Source of the DNA: Eledone cirrhosa
Lineage: Eukaryota
Direction of reading: 5' to 3'
DNA: 64,000 nt
Assembly (NCBI GenBank): GCA_964016885.1
Contig: OZ024741.1
Coordinates: forward strand, 12,586,001 to 12,650,000
Shown here piece by piece: positions 54,101 to 64,000 of this stretch. Numbering within the stretch: the first letter of the stretch is position 1; every line of letters begins with the position of its first letter. A program made the position numbers and the translations under genes. A model generated the notes under the pieces. That model was not told the DNA's origin. It worked only from the letters and a program-made list of their open reading frames with translations, and made no database searches.

Positions 54101-55509
54101 AGTTACATACACACACATCTTCTGAATTACATATAAACACATCTACTGAGTTACATACACACACATCAACTGAGATACATACACACATCTACAGAGTTAC
54201 ATAGAGACACATCTACTGAGTTACAGACACACATCTACTGAGTTACATACACACATCTACTGAGTTACATACACACACATCTACTGAGTTACATACACAC
54301 ATCTACTGAGTTACATACACACATATCTACTGAGTTACATATACACATATCTACCGAGTTACATACACATATCTACTGAGTTACATACACACACACAACT
54401 ACTAAGTTCCATGCACACTACTCCTGAGTTACATACACTCACATCTACTGAGTTACATACACTCACATCTACTGAGTTACATACACACACATCAACTGAG
54501 TTACATACACATACATCTACTGAGTTACATACACACACATCTACTGTGTTACATATACACACATCTATTGAGTTACATACACACATCTACTGAGATACAT
54601 ACACACCTCTACTGAGTTACATACACACATCTTCTGAGTTACATATACACACATCTACTGAGATACATACACATAACTACTGAGTTACATACACACATCT
54701 ACTGTGTTACATACACACACATCTACTGAGTCACATACATACATCTACTGAATTACATACACACACATCTACTGAGTTACATACAGACATATCTACTGAG
54801 TTACATACACACACATCTACTGAGTTACATACACACATCTACTGAGTCACATACATACATCTACTGAATTACATACACACACATCTACTGAGTTACATAC
54901 ACACACATCTACTGATTTACATACACACATCTACTGAGTTACATACAGACACATCTACTGAGTTACATACACACACATCTACTGAGTTACATACACTCAC
55001 ATCTACTGAGTAACATACACACACATCTACTGTGTTACATACACACACATCTACTGGGTCACATACATATATCTACTGAATTACATACACACACATCTAC
55101 TGAGTTACATACACACAGCTACTGAATTACATACACGCACATCTACTGAGTTACATACACACACATCTACTGAGTTACATACACACACATCTCCTAATTT
55201 ATATACACACATCTACTGAGTTACATACACACACATCTACTGAGTTACATACAGACATATCTACTGAGTTACATACACACATCTACTGAGTTATATACAC
55301 GCACATCTACGGAGTTACATACACACACATCTACTGAGTTACATACATCTACTGAGTTACATACACACACATCTACTGAGTTACATACACACACATCTAC
55401 TGAGTTACATATACACACATCTACTGTTTTACATACACACACATCTACTGAGTTACATACACACATCTACTGAGTTACATACACACACATCTACTGAGTT
55501 ACATACTTA

Positions 55510-57425
55510 CATCTACTGAGTTACATACGCTCACATCTACTTAGTTACATACACACACATCTACAGAGTTACATATACACACATTTACTGAGTTACATAC
55601 ACACATCTACTGAGTTACATACACACACTTCAACTGAGTTACATACACAGACATCTACTGAGTTACATACACACACATCTACTGAGTTACATATACACAC
55701 ATCTATTGAGTAACATACACACATCTACTGAGTTACATACACATACATCTACTGAGTTACATATACACACATCTACTGAGTTACATATACACACATCTAC
55801 TGTGTTACATACACACACATCTACTGAGTTACATACACACATTTACTGAGTTACATAAACACATATCTACGGAGTTACATACACACACACATCTACTGAG
55901 TTACATACACACACATCTACTGAGTTACATACACAAACATCTACTGAGTTACATACACACACATCTACTGTGTTACATACACACACATCTACTGAGTCAC
56001 ATACATACATCTACTGAATAACATACACACACATCTACTGAGTTACATACACACGCATCTACTGAGTTACATACACACACATCTACTGAGTTACATACAC
56101 ACATCTACTGTGTTACATACACACACATCTACTGAGTCACATACATACATCTACTGAATTACATACACACACATCTACTGAGTTACATACACACATATCT
56201 ACTGAGTTACATACACACACATCTACTGAGTTACATACACACATCTACTGAGTCACATACATACATCTACTGAATTACATACACACACATCTACTGAGTT
56301 ACATACACACACATCTACTGATTTACATACACACATCTACTGAGTTACATACAGACACATCTACTGAGTTACATACACACACATCTACTGAGTTACATAC
56401 ACACACATCTACTGAGTAACATACACACACATCTACTGTGTTACATACACACACATCTATTGAGTCACATACATACATCTACTGAATTACATACACACAC
56501 ATCTACTGAGTTACATACACACGCATCTACTGAGTTACATACACACATCTACTGAATTACATACACGCACATCTACTGAGTTACATACACACACATCTAC
56601 TGAGTTACATACACACACATCTCCTAAGTTATATACACACATCTACTGAGTTACATACACACACATCTACTGAGTTACATACATACATATCTACTGAGTT
56701 ACATACACACATCTACTGAGTTATATACACGCACATCTACGGAGTTACATACACACACATCTACTGAGTTACATACATCTACTGAGTTACATACACACAC
56801 CTCTACTGAGTTACATACACACATCCACTGAGTTACATACACGCACATCTACTGAGTTACATACATACATCTACTGAGTTACATACGCTCACATCTACTT
56901 AGTTACATACACACACATCTACAGAGTTACATATACACACATTTACTGAGTTACATACACACATCTACTGAGTTACATACACACACTTCAACTGAGTTAC
57001 ATACACATACATCTACTGAGTTACATACACACACATCTACTGAGTTACATATACACACATCTATTGAGTTACATACACACATCTACTGAGTTACATACAC
57101 ACACATCTACTGAGTTACATATACACACATCTACTGAGTTACATATACACACATCTACTGTGTTACATACACACACATCTACTGAGTTACATACACACAT
57201 CTACTGAGTTACATAAACACATATCTACGGAGTTACATACACACACACATCTACTGAGTTACATACACACACATCTACTGAGTTACATACACAAACATCT
57301 ACTGAGTTACATACACACACATCTACTGTGTTACATACACACACATGTACTGAGTAACATACATACATCTACTGAATAACATACACACACATCTACTGAG
57401 TTACATACACACGCATCTACTGAGT
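55510..57425 (+). repeat. ~0.55-kb block duplicated at offset 1358 (~55510-56070 and ~56870-57425)
   Basis: TTCAACTG at 55629/56987 and GAATAAC at 56016/57374. The variant CATAAACACATATCTACGG is present in both copies. Confidence 0.82.
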
Positions 57426-60400
57426 TACATATACACACATCCACTGAGCTACATACACACACCTCTACTGAGTTACATACACACATCTACTGAGTTACAT
57501 ACACGCACATCTACTGAGTTACATACATACATCTACTGAGTTACATACACACACATCTACTGAGTTACATACACACACATCTACTGAGTTACACATACAC
57601 AGATCTACTGAGTTACATACACACAAATCTACTGAGTTACATACACACACATCAACTGAGATACATACACACATCTACAGAGTTACACACACACACATCT
57701 ACTGACTTACATATACCCACATCTACTGAGTTACATACACACACATCTACTGAGTTACATACACATATCTACTGAGTTACATACTCACATCTACTGAGTT
57801 ACATATACACATACAACTACTGTTGTTACATATACACATATCTACTGAGTTACAAACACATATCTACTCAGTTACATATACACACACAACTACTGAGTTA
57901 CATGCACACATCTACTGAGTTACATACACACATATCTACTGAGTTACATACACGCACATCTATTGAGTCACATACACACACATCTACTGAGTTACATACA
58001 CACACCTCTACTGAGTTACATACACACATCCACTGAGTTACATACACGCACATCTACTGAGTTACATACATACATCTACTGAGTTACGTACGCTCACATC
58101 TACTGAGTTACATACACACACATCTACAGAGTTACATATACACACATCTACTGAGTTGCATACACACATCTACTGAGTTACATATACACACATCTACTGT
58201 GTTACATACACACACCTCTACTGAGTTACATACATACACATCTACTGAGTTATATAAACACACATCTACTCAGTTACATACAGACACATCTACTGAGTTA
58301 CATACACACCTCTACTGAGTTACATACACACACCATCTACTAAGTTACATACACACACATCTTCTGAATTACATATACACACATCTACTGAGTTACATAC
58401 ACACACATCAACTGAGATACATACACACATCTACAGAGTTACATACAGACACATCTACTGAGTTACATATACACATCTACTAAGCTACATACACACACAT
58501 CTACTGAGTTACAGACACACATCTACTGAGTTACATACACACATCTACTGAGTTACATACACACACATCTACTGAGTTACATACACACATCTACTGAGTT
58601 ACATACACACATATCTACTGAGTTACATATACACATATCTACCGAGTTACATACACATATCTACTGAGTTACATACACACACACAACTACTGAGTTCCAT
58701 GCACACTACTCCTGAGTTACATACACTCACATCTACTGAGTTACATACACTCACATCTACTGAGTTACATACACTCACATCTACGGAGTTACATACACAT
58801 ATCTACTGAGTTACATACACACACACCTACTGAGTTACATGCACACATCTACTGAGTTACATACACACATATCTACTGAGTTACATACACACCTCTACTT
58901 AGTTACATACACACATCTACTGAGTTGCATACATACACATCTACTGAGTTACATACACTCACATCTACTGAGTTACATACACACACATCTACTGAATCAC
59001 ATACATACATCAACTAAATTACATACACACACATCTACTGAGTTACATACACACTACTGCTGAATTACATACACAGACATCTACTGAGTTACATACATAC
59101 ACATCTACTGTGTTACATACACACACATCTACTGAGTCACATACATACATCTACTGAATAACATACACACACATCTACAGAGTTACATACACACACATCT
59201 CCTAAGTTATATACACACATCTACTGAGTTACATACACACACATCTACTGATTTACATACAGACATATCTATTGAGTTACATACACACATCTACTGAGTT
59301 ACATACACGCACATCTACTGTGTTACATACACACATCTACTGAGTTACATACACACACATCTACTGAGTTACATACATACATCTACTGAGTTACATACAC
59401 ACACATCTACTGAGTTACATACACACACATCTACTGAGTAACATATACACACATCTACTGTGTTACATACACACACATCTACTGAGTTACATACACACAT
59501 CTACTGAGTTATATACACTCACATCTACTGAGTTACATACACTCACATCTACTGAGTTACGTACACACATATCTACTGAGTTACATACACACATCTAGTG
59601 AGGTACATACACACATCTACTGAGTTACATACACACACATCTACTGAGTTACATACACACACCTCTACTGAGTTACATACACAAATCTACTGAGTTACAT
59701 ACACACATCCACTGAGCTACATACACACACCTCTACTGAGTTACATACACACATCCACTGAGTTACATACACGCACATCTACTGAGTTACATACATACAT
59801 CTACTGAGTTACGTACGCTCACATCTACTGAGTTACATACACACACATCTACAGAGTTACATATACACACATCTACTGAGTTGCATACACACATCTACTG
59901 AGTTACATATACACACATCTACTGTGTTACATACACACACCTCTACTGAGTTACATACATACACATCTACTGAGTTACATACACACACATCTACTGAGTT
60001 ACATACACACACGTCTACTAAGTTACATACACACATCTACTGAGTTACATACACACATCTACTGAGTTACATACACACACACCTACTGAGTTACACACAC
60101 ATCTACTGAGTTACATATACACCCATCTACTGAGTTACATATACACACATCTACTGAGTTGCATACACACATCTAGTGAGTTACATATACACACATCTGC
60201 TGTGTTACATACACACACCTCTACTGAGTCACATACATCCACCTACTGAGTTATATACACACATCAACTGAGTTACATACACATACATCTACTGAATTAC
60301 ATACATACACATCTACCGAGTTACATACACACGCATCTACTGAGTTACATACATACATCTACTGAGTTACGTACGCTCACATCTACTGAGTTACATACAC

Positions 60401-63400
60401 ACACATCTACAGAGTTACATATACACACATCTACTGAGTTGCATACACACATCTACTGAGTTACATATACACACATCTACTGTGTTACATACACACACCT
60501 CTACTGAGTTACATACATACACATCTACTGAGTTACATACACACACATCTACTGAGTTACATACACACACATCTACTAAGTTACATACACACATCTACTG
60601 AGTTACATAAACACATCTACTGAGTTACATACACACACATCTACTGAGTTACACACACATCTATTGAGTTATATATACACACATCTACTGAGTTGCATAC
60701 ACACATCTACTGAGTTACATATACACACATCTGCTGTGTTACATACACACACCTCTACTGAGTCAAATACATACACCTACTGAGTTACATACACACATCA
60801 ACTGAGTTACAGACACACATCTGCTGAGTTACATACACACACATCTACTGAGTTACATACACACACATCTACTGAGTTACATACATACACATCTACTGAG
60901 TTACATACACACACATCTACTGAGTTACATACACACACATCTACTGAGTTACACACACATCTATTGAGTTACATATACACACATCTACTGAGTTGCATAC
61001 ACACATCTACTGACTTTCATATACACACATCTACTGAGTTAAATACACACACATCTACTGAGTTACATACACAAACACCTACCGAGTTACATACACACAC
61101 ATCTACTGTGTTACATACACACATCTACTGAGTCACATACATACATCTACTGAATTACATACACACACATCGACTGAGTTACATACACACGCATCTACTG
61201 AGTTACATACACACATCTACTGAATTACATACACGCACATTTACTGAGTTACATACACACACATCTACTGAGTTACATACACACACATCTCCTAAGTTAC
61301 ATACACACATCTACTGAGTCACATACATACATCTACTGAATTACATACACACACATCTACTGAGTTACATACACACATATCTACTGAGTTACATACACAC
61401 ACATCTACTGAGTTACATACACACATCTACTGAGTCACATACATACATCTACTGAATTACATACACACACATCTACTGAGTTACATACACACACATCTAC
61501 TGAGTTACATACACACACATCTACTGAGTTACATACACACACATCTATTGAGTTACATATACACACATCTACTGAGTTACATACACACACATCAACTGAG
61601 TTACATACACATACATCTACTGAGTTACATACACACACATCTACTGTGTTACATATACACACATCTATTGAGTTACATACATACATCTACTGAGATACAT
61701 ACACACCTCTACTGAGTTACATACAAACATATACTGAGTTACATATACACACATCTACTGAGATACATACACATAACTACTGAGTTACATACACACATCT
61801 ACTGTGTTACATACACACACATCTACTGAGTCACATACATACATCTACTGAATTACATACACACATCTACTGAGTTACATACACACATATCTACTGAGTT
61901 ACATACACACACATCTACTGAGTTACATACACACATCTACTGAGTCACATACATACATCTACTGAATTACATACACACACATCTACTGAGTTACATACAC
62001 ACACATCTACTGATTTACATACACACATCTACTGAGTTACATACAGACACATCTACTGAGTTACATACACACACATCTACTGAGTTACATACACTCACAT
62101 CTACTGAGTAACATACACACACATCTACTGTGTTACATACACACACATCTACTGAGTCACATACATACATCTACTGAATTACATACACACACATCTACTG
62201 AGTTACATACACACGCATCTACTGAGTTACATACACACATCTACTGAATTACATACACGCAAATCTAGTGAGTTACATACACACACATCTACTGAGTTAC
62301 ATACACACACATCTCCTAAGTTATATACACACATCTACTGAGTTACATACACACACATCTACTGAGTTACATACAGACATATCTACTGAGTTACATACAC
62401 ACATCTACTGAGTTATATACACGCACATCTACGGAGTTACATACACACACATCTACTGAGTTACATACATCTACTGAGTTACATACACACACATCTACTG
62501 AGTTACATACACACACATCTACTGAGTTACATATACACACATCTACTGTTTTACATACACACACATCTACTGAGTTACATACACACATCTACTGAGTTAC
62601 ATACACACACATCTACGGAGTTACATACACACACATCTACTGAGTTACATACATCTACTGAGTTACATACACTCACATCTACTGAGTTACATACACACAT
62701 ATCTACTGAGTTACATACACACATCTAATGAGCTACATACACACATATCTACTGAGTTACATACACATATCTACTGAGTTACATACACACACACCTACTG
62801 AGTTACATGCACACATCTACTGAGTTACATACACACATCTACTGAGTTACATACACACACATCTACTGAGTTACACAAACAACTATTGAGTTACTTATAC
62901 ACACATCTACTGAGTTGCATACACACATCTACTGAGTTACATATACACACATCTGCTGTGTTACATACACACACCTCTACTGAGTCACATACATACACCT
63001 ACTGAGTTACATACACACATCAACTGTGTTACATACACACATCTGCTGAGTTACATACACACACATCTACTGAGTTACATACACACACATCTACTGAGTT
63101 ACATACATACACATCTACTGAGTTACATACACACATATCTACTGAGTTACATACACACACATCTACTGAGTTACATATACACACATCTACTGAGTTACAT
63201 ATACACACATCTACTGAGTTACATACACACAAATATACTGAGTTACATACACACACATCAACTGAGATACATACACACCTCTACTGAGTTACATACACAC
63301 ATCTACTGAGTTACATACACAAACACCTACCGAGTTACATACACACACATCTACTGTGTTACATACACACATCTACTGAGTCACATACATACATCTACTG

Positions 63401-64000
63401 AATTACATACACACACATCGACTGAGTTACATACACACGCATCTACTGAGTTACATACACACATCTACTGAATTACATACACGCACATTTACTGAGTTAC
63501 ATACACTCACATCTACTGAGTTACGTACACACATATCTACTGAGTTACATACACACATCTAATGAGCTACATACACACATATCTACTGAGTTACATACAC
63601 ACATCTAGTGAGTTACATACACACATCTACTGATTTATATACACTCACATCTACTGAGTTACATACACTCACATCTACTGAGTTACGTACACACATATCT
63701 ACTGAGTTACATACACACATCTAATGAGCTACATACACACATATCTACTGAGTTACATACACACATCTAGTGAGTTACATACACACATCTACTGAGTTAC
63801 ATACACACACATCTACTGAGTTACATACACACACCTCTACTGAGTTACATACACACATCCACTGAGTTGCATACACACACCTCTACTGAGTTACATACAC
63901 ACACCTCTACTGAGTTACATACACACATCCACTGAGCTACATACACACACCTCTACTGAGTTACATACACACATGTACTGAGTTACATACACGCATCCAC

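Larger units (their letters stand above)
40262..55691 (+). repeat. Large tandem duplication: ~40262-48872 and ~48952-55691
   Basis: TTCACGCACC 41671/50479 (offset 8808), TTAACTGAG 42589/51421, CCCGCAT 43055/51839, TTCCATG preceded by AAG 45459/54407, and CTACTGGGT 48232/55051. Identical 144-aa ORF translations at 40742/49550. Confidence 0.9.
1..64000 (+). repeat. Tandem satellite/minisatellite array of mixed 22/24-bp monomers, consensus CTACTGAGTTACAT(AC)3-4AT
   Basis: The core CTACTGAGTTACAT recurs every 22-24 nt from the first line to the last, with no unique sequence or inversion seen. The 24-mer consensus contains 9 A, 7 C, 6 T and 2 G. Confidence 0.99.

Noticed and set aside
2682-59063. 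Plus-strand His/Thr-rich ORFs (TSTELHTH and LLSYIHTH repeats, up to 144 aa)
   Set aside because: The 24-bp monomer is open in two frames by chance, and 22-bp monomers shift the frame into the TGA of the core. ORFs swap frames mid-way, often start at GTG/TTG or at incidental variants, and have no unique domains or gene context.
4423-63256. Minus-strand Cys/Val-rich ORFs (CNSVDVCV repeats) resembling metallothionein or antifreeze-type repeats
   Set aside because: They are simply runs of consecutive 24-mers read antisense, and (TG)n gives Cys-Val. Their lengths track runs lacking a 22-mer, and their recurrence reflects DNA duplication, not selection.
1-64000. CRISPR-like arrangement (constant core plus variable intervening sequence)
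   Set aside because: The intervening segments are 4-12-bp CA-tract variants rather than unique spacers. The core is only ~14 bp, and there is no leader or cas gene.
1-64000. Telomerase-made long telomeric repeat (like the 20-25-bp budding-yeast repeats; GT-rich minus strand)
   Set aside because: The consensus has no GG runs, and the heritable point variants copied in multi-kb blocks indicate recombinational amplification rather than templated synthesis. I recall no matching telomere unit.
1-64000. Pure sequencing or assembly artefact, or synthetic sequence
   Set aside because: Hierarchically shared variants, a transition-rich spectrum and small differences between copies look like real evolution. 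The copy number of the youngest duplicates still needs read-level confirmation.
1-64000. Embedded transposon, tRNA/rRNA, inversion or unique island
   Set aside because: No non-repeat stretch and no reverse-orientation monomer (GTAACTCAGTAG) was seen on reading through the + strand.

Overview
The whole 64-kb window is one uninterrupted, head-to-tail tandem satellite/minisatellite array in a single orientation. The monomer is a near-constant core (CTACTGAGTTACAT) plus a short CA tract. It occurs mainly as a 24-mer (CTACTGAGTTACATACACACACAT) and a 22-mer (one CA fewer), with rare 18/20/23/25/26-bp forms; about 2,800 monomers is an estimate from 64,000/~23. I found no credible genes, RNA genes, transposons or CRISPR arrays, and every supplied ORF is a translation of the repeat. 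The real information lies in the order of variant monomers. It shows an underlying ~1.7-1.9 kb higher-order cassette, nested duplications of about 0.4, 1.4-2.1, 3-4, 7-9 and 12 kb, left and right sub-domains with private variants, and one small patch that escaped homogenisation. The array looks eukaryotic (inference), but neither the organism nor the chromosomal context can be determined, and both ends of the array lie outside the window. I see no evidence for a novel coding system. Boundaries of duplicated blocks were read by eye and are approximate.
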